NCBI GenBank assembly: GCA_044343885.1
Contig: JBIJDW010000001.1
Location: forward strand, 1-55,746
DNA from: Kiritimatiellia bacterium
Lineage (GTDB): Bacteria; Verrucomicrobiota; Kiritimatiellia; RFP12; JAAYNR01
Reading direction: 5' to 3'
Length of the DNA: 55,746 bases
Shown: positions 29,403-37,884 of the stretch, in pieces
Layout of the letters: each line of letters begins with the position of its first letter
How positions within the stretch are numbered: the first letter of the stretch is position 1
The notes under the pieces: model-generated
What the model was told of the DNA's origin: nothing
Database searches by the model: none
Seen by the model: only the letters and a program-made list of their open reading frames with translations
Made by a program: the position numbers and the translations under genes

Positions 29403-29432
29403 ATGATATACCGTGTGTACACGGTATATCAT
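29403..29432. promoter_or_regulatory. 30-bp palindrome, putative operator 1 (abiE promoter region)
   Basis: atgatataccgtgt-gt-acacggtatatcat, with perfect 14-nt arms. Confidence 0.6.
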
Positions 29433-29520
29433 ACCTTACACGTCGCGTGCCTGCGCCTCGTTCGGCAATGATGATTGCCCAAGAATTGTTGAGTTTGGAG
29501 TTGCATGGTGCCAGTGCAGT

Positions 29521-29550
29521 ATGATAAAACGTGTTTACACGTTTTATCAT
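29521..29550. promoter_or_regulatory. 30-bp palindrome, putative operator 2 (abiE promoter region)
   Basis: atgataaaacgtgt-tt-acacgttttatcat, with perfect 14-nt arms. It shares the half-site ATGATAwAmCGTGT with operator 1 and ends 23 nt before the abiEi start. Confidence 0.6.
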
Positions 29551-29573
29551 ATCGTTGATCCGTTGAGGTTCTC

Positions 29574-30461
29574 ATGACCAGACTGACAACCCCTAACAAG
29601 TACGAACTCGCGAACCTGTTGTGTCTTCCACGGCGATATCGCGAGTTGAAGCCCCTGCTGCTTGCGTATATGCCCAAGACGCCGTACAGGCTTCTGGCCT
29701 CCTTTGAGACCGCCTTACGCAGTGATGGCCTCTTGATGGATATGGAACTGAATTCGGATGTCGGGCATGCCGTAACCCTCTATGCGTCCGTCGATCCGGC
29801 CAAGTGGAACACCTACCATGTGGCACAAGCTCTGCGTCCTCAGGGGTACTTTTGCAATCTTACCTCCCTGTACCATCACGGGCTGACCAATCAAGTCCCA
29901 GCACGTGTGTATACGGCCGTGGAAGAGAACAGGGCGAAGGATCAGGCGCAGGAAAAGCGATCCAGGCTCTCGGACGATGCGATATTCGATGCGTTCATTC
30001 AGCCTCACCGCGTGAGCAAGCACAACTATCGGTTCCGGGACAGCGAGATCACGATCACCGAGCGCGTGAGCCACGGTTGCATTGGCGTCGAGAGCGTGGG
30101 CGAAAATAATCGCACCTGCCCCATGGGTGCCCGTGTCACCAGTTTGGAGAGAGCGATGATAGACGCCGTTGTTCACCCCCAGTACAATGGCGGTCTCGCT
30201 GCCGTCGTCGAGATGCTCCGGATAGGCGCGCCCGAGGCAGACGTGAAGCGATTGCTCGGCATTTACGACGCATGCGCTTTTGCGTATCCATACTGGCAAG
30301 CGCTGGGGTTTCTGTTTGAGAGGATAGGCGCGGCCAATATCGCCGATGCTTTTGCTCGGCGCTCACGGCCGGTCAACAAGTTCTATCTGGATCACAACGC
30401 CAAGACATCGTGGGCCTTCGACTCCACATGGTGTATCTACTACCCCAAGGGGGTCGTATGA
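29574..30461 (+). CDS. abiEi: AbiEi-family type IV antitoxin/transcriptional regulator
   Basis: SLYHHGLTNQVPARVY and VTSLERAMIDAVVHPQYNGG resemble AbiEi (COG5340). Paired with the downstream DUF1814 gene by an ATGA overlap. Confidence 0.7.
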   Translation: MTRLTTPNKYELANLLCLPRRYRELKPLLLAYMPKTPYRLLASFETALRSDGLLMDMELNSDVGHAVTLYASVDPAKWNTYHVAQALRPQGYFCNLTSLYHHGLTNQVPARVYTAVEENRAKDQAQEKRSRLSDDAIFDAFIQPHRVSKHNYRFRDSEITITERVSHGCIGVESVGENNRTCPMGARVTSLERAMIDAVVHPQYNGGLAAVVEMLRIGAPEADVKRLLGIYDACAFAYPYWQALGFLFERIGAANIADAFARRSRPVNKFYLDHNAKTSWAFDSTWCIYYPKGVV

Positions 30462-31375
30462 GAATCGAAGACGTGATTGACGAGAGCATTCTGGCTGTTT
30501 TCAAGGATCGCATCCTTTCGCGCCATATGGTGTTGAAAGGGGGCAGCGCCCTCCGCATGCTTGAACACGACCGGACTCGTCTCTCGATTGACGCAGACTT
30601 CTCCGTTCGCGGCTCCATCCGATCATCGGAGCCGTTCTTCGCCAGAATGGAAACGACCCTCTCCCGCGCATTCGCCCCTCGTGATTATTGCGTGATGGAC
30701 TTCCGGGTAACTCCCCGGCCCAAGTGCAGGAAACCACGGATGCCGAGGTGGTGGAAAGGCTGGCTTTGCCAGTTCAAGCTGCTGGCCCGCGAATTCACAA
30801 CCCAGCCGCTGGAGGCGCAACGGCGGCGCGCGTTGGTACCCGAGGGGTCCAACTCGCCGGTGATCGAAATCGAGGTTAGCGAGCACGAGTATTGCGGTAC
30901 TGAAAGGAAGAGACGCATTCGTGGCGTGGTGGTACACGGATACACAAGAGAACTGCTTGTCTTGGAGAAACTGAGGGCAATATGCCAGCAGCACCCCGAG
31001 TACCAGTTCCGTTCGAACAAGAATCGTGCACGGGATTTCTATGACATTCACAGGTTGTGCGGCGGCAGAATGGGGACTCGGTTCGTTCAACGGTGTCGCA
31101 AGGACCTGCCGGCCGTGTTTGGAGCCAAGGCTGTTCCGGTGGATCTGCTGCGCGCACTTTGGGATCCGGAGTTCCTCGTCGTGCAGCAACGAGGTTTCGC
31201 CCAGGTCGTAGACGACGTCAGGGGTGCCGTGCGGGAGTTTGATGTGTATGTGGAATGCCTGCGCTACTTGGTCCAGCGCATCTGCCCTGGAATGCCACGG
31301 TCGGAAACGACTCCCTCGAGCTTACAATCATCATCGCCAGGAGCAACCACATGGACGCAAAAGCACGAACAGTGA
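30458..31375 (+). CDS. abiEii: AbiEii/AbiGii nucleotidyltransferase toxin (DUF1814)
   Basis: VLKGGSALRML..RLSIDADFSV at the N-terminus and RARDFYDI later in the protein. Start set at the ATG at 30458. Confidence 0.8.
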   Translation: MRIEDVIDESILAVFKDRILSRHMVLKGGSALRMLEHDRTRLSIDADFSVRGSIRSSEPFFARMETTLSRAFAPRDYCVMDFRVTPRPKCRKPRMPRWWKGWLCQFKLLAREFTTQPLEAQRRRALVPEGSNSPVIEIEVSEHEYCGTERKRRIRGVVVHGYTRELLVLEKLRAICQQHPEYQFRSNKNRARDFYDIHRLCGGRMGTRFVQRCRKDLPAVFGAKAVPVDLLRALWDPEFLVVQQRGFAQVVDDVRGAVREFDVYVECLRYLVQRICPGMPRSETTPSSLQSSSPGATTWTQKHEQ

Positions 31376-31587
31376 GCGAGATTCTGCATGCGCCAGGGCA
31401 TTACATCGTGCCACTGTTTCAGCGCTCGTACTCCTGGCACAAAGCCAATTGGCAACGGCTGAACGACGATGTGATGGCGTTGGTGGATGATTCGACGCAC
31501 CATGTGCATTTCCTGGGGCCGCTGGTCTGCACGATCGGCAAAAGCGTGCCCGGATGTCTGCCGACCTATCAGTTTAAGTTGTCTTAG
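31351..31587 (+). pseudogene. Truncated DUF262 (GmrSD/BrxU-like) N-terminal fragment
   Basis: YIVPLFQRSYSWHKANWQRLNDDV matches the DUF262 signature (IPxFQRxYxW). The ORF stops after ~78 aa, whereas full proteins are several hundred aa long. Confidence 0.7.
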
Positions 31588-31650
31588 CGACAAAGCCCGT
31601 GATATTTGGTAAGGTTTCCAAAACGAGAAATGATGCGTGACGGATAAACC

Positions 31651-34074
31651 ATGGCAAAGCAAAGAATAAAGAGGACAGCAGTAATCGAAGCCAAGCCCTA
31701 CACGGCTGGCTCGAACTGGGTGGGTTCCGTGCAGGATGAGGACGCGACAACCATCGGCGAACGGCTCGCGCAGCGCGTGCGGGCGGTTGCAGAGGCCTAT
31801 ACGACGGGCGACCAGACGCCACCGGCCGCGATTCTGTGGCCCGATGGTGACCGGCGCTGGGCTGGCGTGTTGGCGGAATTGAAGACACTGATCCCGGAGC
31901 TTTATGTGCTGGGCGATTTTGCACCGACAGACAAAACCGGACCGGCAATCTGGCTCCGATGTGTCGAGGCAAGAACCGTGCCCGAGCATCCTGCTTCGGG
32001 GCAGGCACCGATATTCTATCTCCCCGGCGTCAGCCGGCAAGCCCTGCGTGCCGTCGAGGAGAGTCCCGTTGAGTTGGATCCTCTGATTGAACTGCAGTTT
32101 CGCGGGGCCGTGTGGTCGCATCCGAACGGCCGGGACTGGACCCCCTTCGCCTTTCTCACCTCGACCTACGGCGGCTTGGGGCTGGATGTGGCGGACACAG
32201 CCGATACGTCCGTGGCGTTGGACCGGTCACTGGCCGTGCTGCTGAACGAGCGTATCGCCAGTCTGGCCGGATCCCGCCTTGACGCTCCCTTCTTGAATGC
32301 GCTGCTGTCACCTGACCTTCCTGCCGAGATTCTTCGCTGGATGAACGATCCTGCAGAGGCGCGGAAGCGCAAGCCCGATTCGGAGTGGCAGGCTTTCTGC
32401 GCGCAATGCGCGGCCGATTTCCATCTACACCCCGAGACAGACGGCGAACTGCGGGCAGCGGAGCTAATGGGAAACCGTTCCGGTGAGTGGGGCAAGGTCT
32501 GGAAGCGCTTTACCGAAGCACCGAACCGCTATCCCGCTGTGGCCGTTTTGCTCGAACGGGCCTCGCCGACCACGGACGGTATGCTGGGGCTTGATCGCGA
32601 GGTTTGGCCCTGTTTTAACACCCAGGACGAGTCGGACGTTGCTAAAGTGCTCCTGGCGCTGAAAGACAGCCATTCCGAACAGGCTGCCTCCGCTGTCCTG
32701 GAGTTGGAGAAAAAGCACGGCTGCCGGCGCGGCTGGGTCTGGCGCGAACTGGGTCGGGCGCCGTTGGCGGTGGCGCTAGAACACCTGAGCCTTCTGGCGA
32801 CGTTGACACGGAAGGCGCTCGCAGCGGCGGATGCCACCGGAATCGCGGAACAGTTCGCGCAAATCGGATGGGAGGCTGATGCGGCGGCCATAGCAGCACT
32901 GGCGGGTGGAACAGCACCGGGTACGGACGATGCGATCGCCACCGCAGTGCGGGCGCTCTATCTGCCTTGGATTGACCAGTCCGCGCGGAATTTACAGCGG
33001 TTCGCTGCACAGGCGCCCACCTGTATCCAGCCGCGGCTGGAACCGGCGACGCCTGCAGATGGCCGGGTGATTCTTTTTGTGGACGGCCTGCGGTTTGATC
33101 TTGCGCAAAGATTGAGCCGTCTTCTGCACACGATGGGATCCCCCTCCGAACTGCAATGGGACTGGGCTGCTTTCCCTTCGGTGACGGCAACTGGAAAAGC
33201 GGCTGTCTCGCCGATGGCGACCGTTCTGACCGGCGGCGGGCCGGAAGAGGAGTTTGCACCATGCGGCAGCGAAAACGGGCATCGATGGAATGCGGACCGG
33301 TTCCATGCCTTTCTGAAGGCGCAGGCCATTCAATGCCTCCAAGGACGCCTCTGCGGTGACCCGGCAGGGCGCGCGTGGGCTGAAACCGGCACGCTGGATA
33401 GCCGCGGGCACAATGAGGGTGTGAAGGCGGCGAAGACGCTGGATCAGGAAGTCCGAAATATTGCCACCCGCATCCGGGAACTGCTCGATGCCGGCTGGCG
33501 GGAGATCGTCGTGGTGACCGATCACGGGTGGCTGCTCGTGCCCGGCGGCTTGCCAAAGGTGGAACTGTCGCATTACGTAGTCGAAAACCGTTGGGGCCGT
33601 TGCGCGGCGATCAAGGCGGCCGGAGCCACCGATCTGCCCACCCTTCCCTGGTATTGGAACCCCTCTGTCACAGTCGCCACGCCACCCGGTGTGGGCTGCT
33701 TCCGCGCCGGGGTGGAATACGCCCATGGCGGGTTGTCGCTCCAGGAGATGGTCATTCCCCGCCTGACCGTGCGCGCCGGCATGACGGCTAACAGCCAAAG
33801 CAAGATCAGCGGGATCAAATGGGTTAACCAGCGCTGCCGCCTGAGCGTCCAGAATACCCTGCCCGGCCTGCAGGCCGATATCCGCAGCCGTCCCGCAGAT
33901 GCCCGGTCTTCCAAAGTGGAGGGAGGACAGCCGCGCGAGATCGGAACGGACGGAACGGTTTCGCTCATTGTCGGCGATGACCGGGAAGCCGGTAATGCCG
34001 CCGTTATCGTGCTGCTGTCCCCTGACGGAACCCCGATACACACAATCCCCACGGTTATTGGAGAAAACGGATGA
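31651..34074 (+). CDS. pglZ: BREX alkaline-phosphatase-superfamily protein PglZ
   Basis: 807 aa. Contains ILFVDGLRFDLAQRL and VVVTDHGWLLVPGG. Its position precedes brxL. Confidence 0.85.
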   Translation: MAKQRIKRTAVIEAKPYTAGSNWVGSVQDEDATTIGERLAQRVRAVAEAYTTGDQTPPAAILWPDGDRRWAGVLAELKTLIPELYVLGDFAPTDKTGPAIWLRCVEARTVPEHPASGQAPIFYLPGVSRQALRAVEESPVELDPLIELQFRGAVWSHPNGRDWTPFAFLTSTYGGLGLDVADTADTSVALDRSLAVLLNERIASLAGSRLDAPFLNALLSPDLPAEILRWMNDPAEARKRKPDSEWQAFCAQCAADFHLHPETDGELRAAELMGNRSGEWGKVWKRFTEAPNRYPAVAVLLERASPTTDGMLGLDREVWPCFNTQDESDVAKVLLALKDSHSEQAASAVLELEKKHGCRRGWVWRELGRAPLAVALEHLSLLATLTRKALAAADATGIAEQFAQIGWEADAAAIAALAGGTAPGTDDAIATAVRALYLPWIDQSARNLQRFAAQAPTCIQPRLEPATPADGRVILFVDGLRFDLAQRLSRLLHTMGSPSELQWDWAAFPSVTATGKAAVSPMATVLTGGGPEEEFAPCGSENGHRWNADRFHAFLKAQAIQCLQGRLCGDPAGRAWAETGTLDSRGHNEGVKAAKTLDQEVRNIATRIRELLDAGWREIVVVTDHGWLLVPGGLPKVELSHYVVENRWGRCAAIKAAGATDLPTLPWYWNPSVTVATPPGVGCFRAGVEYAHGGLSLQEMVIPRLTVRAGMTANSQSKISGIKWVNQRCRLSVQNTLPGLQADIRSRPADARSSKVEGGQPREIGTDGTVSLIVGDDREAGNAAVIVLLSPDGTPIHTIPTVIGENG

Positions 34075-36122
34075 AAATCGAACTCGACGCCTTGGACCGT
34101 ATCGCCACTGACGCCTTCGAGGGTGTCGTGGTCCGTAAAGATCTTGTTCGCCGATTCAAGGGACAATACCCGGTGCCGACCTACGTCGCAGAGTTTGTTC
34201 TTGGGCGGTACTGTTCCTCGGTGGAGCAAGAGGAAATACAGGAGGGGCTCAAGATCGTAGAACGCCAATTGGGTGAGAAGACCGTGCGCGCCGGAGAGCA
34301 AGAACTGTTCAAGGCGCGAGCGAAAGAACTCGGGCAAGTGCGGATCATTGACCTCATCACCGCGCGGCTGGACGCCGCTTCTGACTCCTTTGTGGCTACG
34401 CTGCCAAGCCTTCAACTGAACAACGTTCGCATCACACCCGAGACGGTCAGGGCAAATGAGCGAATGCTGACGGGTGGCTTTTATGCCGAGATCGAGTTGG
34501 CCTATGATCCCACCATCGCACAGGAGAGCAAGGGGCGTCCGTTCGGCGTATCCTCCCTTCGGGAGATTCAGATATCCAAGCGTGACGTGTTGGACACGCT
34601 GTGCCGTGGCAGGGAGATGTTCAGCCTTGCCGAATGGAAGCGGTTTCTGCTTCGCAGCACGGGGCTGGAGCCTGAAAAGCTGAGCGAGCGGGCCTGCGAC
34701 GTGATGCTTCTTCGTATGGTGCCGTTTGTCGAGCGCAATTACAATCTGGTCGAACTCGGTCCCCGAGGGACCGGCAAGAGCCACCTCTACCAGCAGGTCT
34801 CACCCTACGCACATTTGGTATCCGGCGGCAAAACAACCGTGGCCAAAATGTTCGTCAACAACGCCAATGGTCAGCGCGGACTCGTGTGCCAATACGATGT
34901 AGTCTGCTTCGACGAAGTTTCCGGCGTCTCTTTTGACCAGAAGGACGGCGTGAACATCATGAAGGGCTACATGGAATCTGGCGAATTCAGCCGCGGCAAG
35001 GAGAGCATCCGGGCGGATGGCAGCGTCGTGATGGTCGGCAACTTTGATGTAGACGTCCAGCACCAGCAGCGTATCGGTCACCTTCTCGGACCCTTGCCTC
35101 CCGAAATGCGCAACGACACGGCGTTCATGGATCGGCTGCACGCTTACCTACCGGGATGGGATATCCCCAAGATCAGCCGAGAGGTGCTGACCGACCATTT
35201 CGGCCTTGTGAGCGACTTCCTGTCCGAATGTTTCAACCAGCTCAGGCGCCAGAGCCGCGTGAACCAGCTTCAAGGGCGGGTACAATTCGGCGGTGCCTTG
35301 AGCGGCCGTGACGTCAACGCTGTGCAGAAAACCGCCAGCGGATTGATCAAGCTACTTTATCCGAACCCGGCGACGCCCATTCCCGACGACGCCATGGAGT
35401 GGGCGCTCCGACTGGCACTGGAGTCACGCCGACGAGTTAAAGAACAGCAGAAACGCATTGGCGCTGCCGAATACCGCAACACCCATTTCAGTTACCAAAT
35501 GGGCTTGGACGGGGTTGAGCGTTTCGTTTCCACGCCCGAACTTCAAAAAGAGGACAGCATCGGCGCCGATCCCTTGCCGCCGGGCCAGGTGTGGACCATT
35601 TCGCCCGGCGGGATGGACGAGAATCCGGCCCTGTACCGTATCGAAACGGCGGAAGGGCCGGGGTCTGGCATCCGGATTCTGAACCAGCCGGCGCCCGGAC
35701 CCCTCCGGGAGAGCGTCCGTTGCGCCGAGCAGAATCTCTACGGCCGCGCCAAAGCCCTGGTCGGCGAGCGGGATCCACGCGAGCACGAATTCACCATTCA
35801 ACTGCGGGCCTTCGACGCAGCACGCAGCGGCTCCTCGTTGGGCGTCGGCGTCCTCCTGTCACTCTGCGGCGCCCTACTGCAGAAAAGCCTCAAAGCCGGT
35901 CTGGTGGTCGTCGGCGGCTTGAACCTTGGCGGCTCTGTGGATCCCATATACAACGCCGTCTCCGTGGCTGAACTGGCCAACGAAAAAGGCGCCACCGCCC
36001 TGCTAATGCCGGTTTCTGCCCGCAAGCAATTGCTCGATCTCCCGGACGAACTAGCCACTCAGATCGACATCCAGTTCTACGCCGACGCCCGCGACGCCCT
36101 TCTCAAGGCGCTGGTCGAGTAA
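34071..36122 (+). CDS. brxL: BREX Lon-like protease BrxL
   Basis: 683 aa. Contains ELGPRGTGKSHLYQQVSPY and a Lon-protease-like C-terminus GGLNLGGSV. ATGA overlap with pglZ. Confidence 0.85.
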   Translation: MKIELDALDRIATDAFEGVVVRKDLVRRFKGQYPVPTYVAEFVLGRYCSSVEQEEIQEGLKIVERQLGEKTVRAGEQELFKARAKELGQVRIIDLITARLDAASDSFVATLPSLQLNNVRITPETVRANERMLTGGFYAEIELAYDPTIAQESKGRPFGVSSLREIQISKRDVLDTLCRGREMFSLAEWKRFLLRSTGLEPEKLSERACDVMLLRMVPFVERNYNLVELGPRGTGKSHLYQQVSPYAHLVSGGKTTVAKMFVNNANGQRGLVCQYDVVCFDEVSGVSFDQKDGVNIMKGYMESGEFSRGKESIRADGSVVMVGNFDVDVQHQQRIGHLLGPLPPEMRNDTAFMDRLHAYLPGWDIPKISREVLTDHFGLVSDFLSECFNQLRRQSRVNQLQGRVQFGGALSGRDVNAVQKTASGLIKLLYPNPATPIPDDAMEWALRLALESRRRVKEQQKRIGAAEYRNTHFSYQMGLDGVERFVSTPELQKEDSIGADPLPPGQVWTISPGGMDENPALYRIETAEGPGSGIRILNQPAPGPLRESVRCAEQNLYGRAKALVGERDPREHEFTIQLRAFDAARSGSSLGVGVLLSLCGALLQKSLKAGLVVVGGLNLGGSVDPIYNAVSVAELANEKGATALLMPVSARKQLLDLPDELATQIDIQFYADARDALLKALVE

Positions 36123-36230
36123 TAGAAAACAGCGAGTGAGGCATACTTCGATGAAGCAAAAAACCATCTTCACGAGAGACGTTGCTGGCAGTCGCGTAGG
36201 TAGAGTCATGTCAGAACTGGAGTCATCAAA

Positions 36231-36539
36231 ATGAACACCATCTCTATCACCGTCACACAGAGGGTAATCGATTATCTGAAACTCCAGCCTACTCAGAACC
36301 AGCGGCAGATCGCGATTAAGGACGCATCTTCCGGCATCAGCACCGCCCTTGCTTCAGCCACCAAGGATCATCAGATCGCCCTCCTTGTCGGCAATCGGAT
36401 CAAGTTGTCGGCCGGCGACAACGCAGCCATCTGGCGTTCCCATAACGCAACCACCGTGGCCGAATATGACATCCTCTTCGACCTTCTCGCCCTCCGCCCA
36501 GACATCCCCATGCTCTTTCCCTGTGAGTTGGATCTCTAA
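36231..36539 (+). CDS. hypothetical small protein
   Basis: 102-aa ORF. No family recognised. Confidence 0.4.
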   Translation: MNTISITVTQRVIDYLKLQPTQNQRQIAIKDASSGISTALASATKDHQIALLVGNRIKLSAGDNAAIWRSHNATTVAEYDILFDLLALRPDIPMLFPCELDL

Positions 36540-36555
36540 CCAATAGAAACCCGAT

Positions 36556-36790
36556 ATGCCCACCATACGCCTCTTAACTCCTGCCGCTCCCGCCATAAAA
36601 TCCTTCCTCCTGCGGGAGTTTTTCACCCTGACGCTCTCCGGCACGGTGCAGCGGTCGGGGCTGTACAAGAACGAAACGACGGAGAAGGATCGCAAGCCGT
36701 TCCAAGATTCGCTGCGGAAGTTGCTGGAGAAGATGGCTGGCACCTATGGCAATCCCGTCACCGAAGAGAGAAGGACGGAAGGCCCGTCCC
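36556..36790 (+). pseudogene. Possible frameshifted gene fragment
   Basis: The first ~75 aa look protein-like (KPFQDSLRKLLEKMAGTYGNPVTEE). The remainder of ORF 36556..37098 is Arg/Gly-rich, out-of-frame-like sequence. Confidence 0.3.
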
Positions 36791-36931
36791 TTATCTGGCG
36801 TCGAACGGATGGACGTCAGTTCCAGAGACATGGGCTTCCTGAAGGGAATGCTGGAGGCAGAGCGAGACTCGGGCAGTTAGGAAGAGCCATGGGGTGTTGC
36901 GGCGGAAACAAATCTCACTTGAGGCGCCAGT

Positions 36932-37258
36932 ATGAACGCTTCAAAAGGGGAACCGGTAATGCGGGAGTCATCCACGGAATGCGCCTGCAAACACATTGCA
37001 CAGACGCGGGTGTTGCTGTTGGAGAAGGCCAAGGGATACCCGGAGCACTACTGGTTCGCCATGGGACATCTCGCAGAAGCCGAGGAAGAACTCGTTAAGG
37101 ATTTCCCGGAGAAGACGGCGCTGGTGAGAGCCGAACGCCTGAACCTACAGAAGAACAGGGACTATGAGATGCCCTTCGCGGACCTGATCAACGCGATCTG
37201 CAATGTTGTAGGGAAGATAAGCCACCTCGGAGCCGATGGACACGTCGGGCGTTCCTGA
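36932..37258 (+). CDS. hypothetical helical protein
   Basis: 108-aa ORF with plausible composition. An alternative ATG lies at 36959. Confidence 0.4.
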   Translation: MNASKGEPVMRESSTECACKHIAQTRVLLLEKAKGYPEHYWFAMGHLAEAEEELVKDFPEKTALVRAERLNLQKNRDYEMPFADLINAICNVVGKISHLGADGHVGRS

Positions 37259-37522
37259 CCTTACGGTTGCGGCGGTCGGCCCCGGCCTGTACTCGGTGTC
37301 GCTCTGAGTGCTGGCCGATTCCGCCTACATCGTCGCCTGCGCCCGGCGGGGGAGCATGAGGGGCTCCGCCGCGACGCTGGTCATCCCGGCTCCCATCCAC
37401 ATCGAGGACTTGTCTGGGGATTGACATCGCAGCCTGTATGCACTATAAAGCGCCCTATCACATGCAATACACAGGAGCGTCCCGAGGTGATGCGGCTCCG
37501 AGCGCACGCCGGGCGTGATGCG

Positions 37523-37738
37523 ATGACCAAGAACACGGAGAGCAACGTGGCGGAGATGGTTAAAAAAATGAGGGCCAAACTCGGCCTGACGCAGGAGCAG
37601 TTCGCAGCCAAGGTTGGCGTGACATGGTCCACCATCAACCGATGGGAGAACGGGCGTGGCAAGCCGTCGCCACTAGCAATGCGCCGAATCGAAGAACTTG
37701 GGGCCGAACCCCTGAAGAAGGAGCAAGCCTCACAATGA
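37523..37738 (+). CDS. XRE-family helix-turn-helix regulator
   Basis: MRAKLGLTQEQFAAKVGVTWSTINRWENGRGKPS is a canonical HTH_3 motif. Start set at the ATG at 37523. Confidence 0.8.
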   Translation: MTKNTESNVAEMVKKMRAKLGLTQEQFAAKVGVTWSTINRWENGRGKPSPLAMRRIEELGAEPLKKEQASQ

Positions 37739-37884
37739 TGGCACGGGGGCTGCGATGAAGACGAGTTCTTTCAATTCCAACAACCGGTCTTGTGTTTCAG
37801 GTCTCGCTGACCACCATGCACATGGTCCTAGACCGCCGGACAGAGACAATCATCGGGCATGGCCTGACGGATTGATTCACCACA

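Noticed and set aside
29303-29524. A 73-aa ORF in the abiE upstream region
   Set aside because: It spans both palindromic operators in a lower-GC intergenic segment and has no RBS or motifs. It is more likely regulatory DNA.
36791-37098. The second half of ORF 36556..37098 as genuine coding sequence
   Set aside because: It has an Arg/Gly-rich, low-information composition and overlaps a better ORF in another frame (36932..37258).
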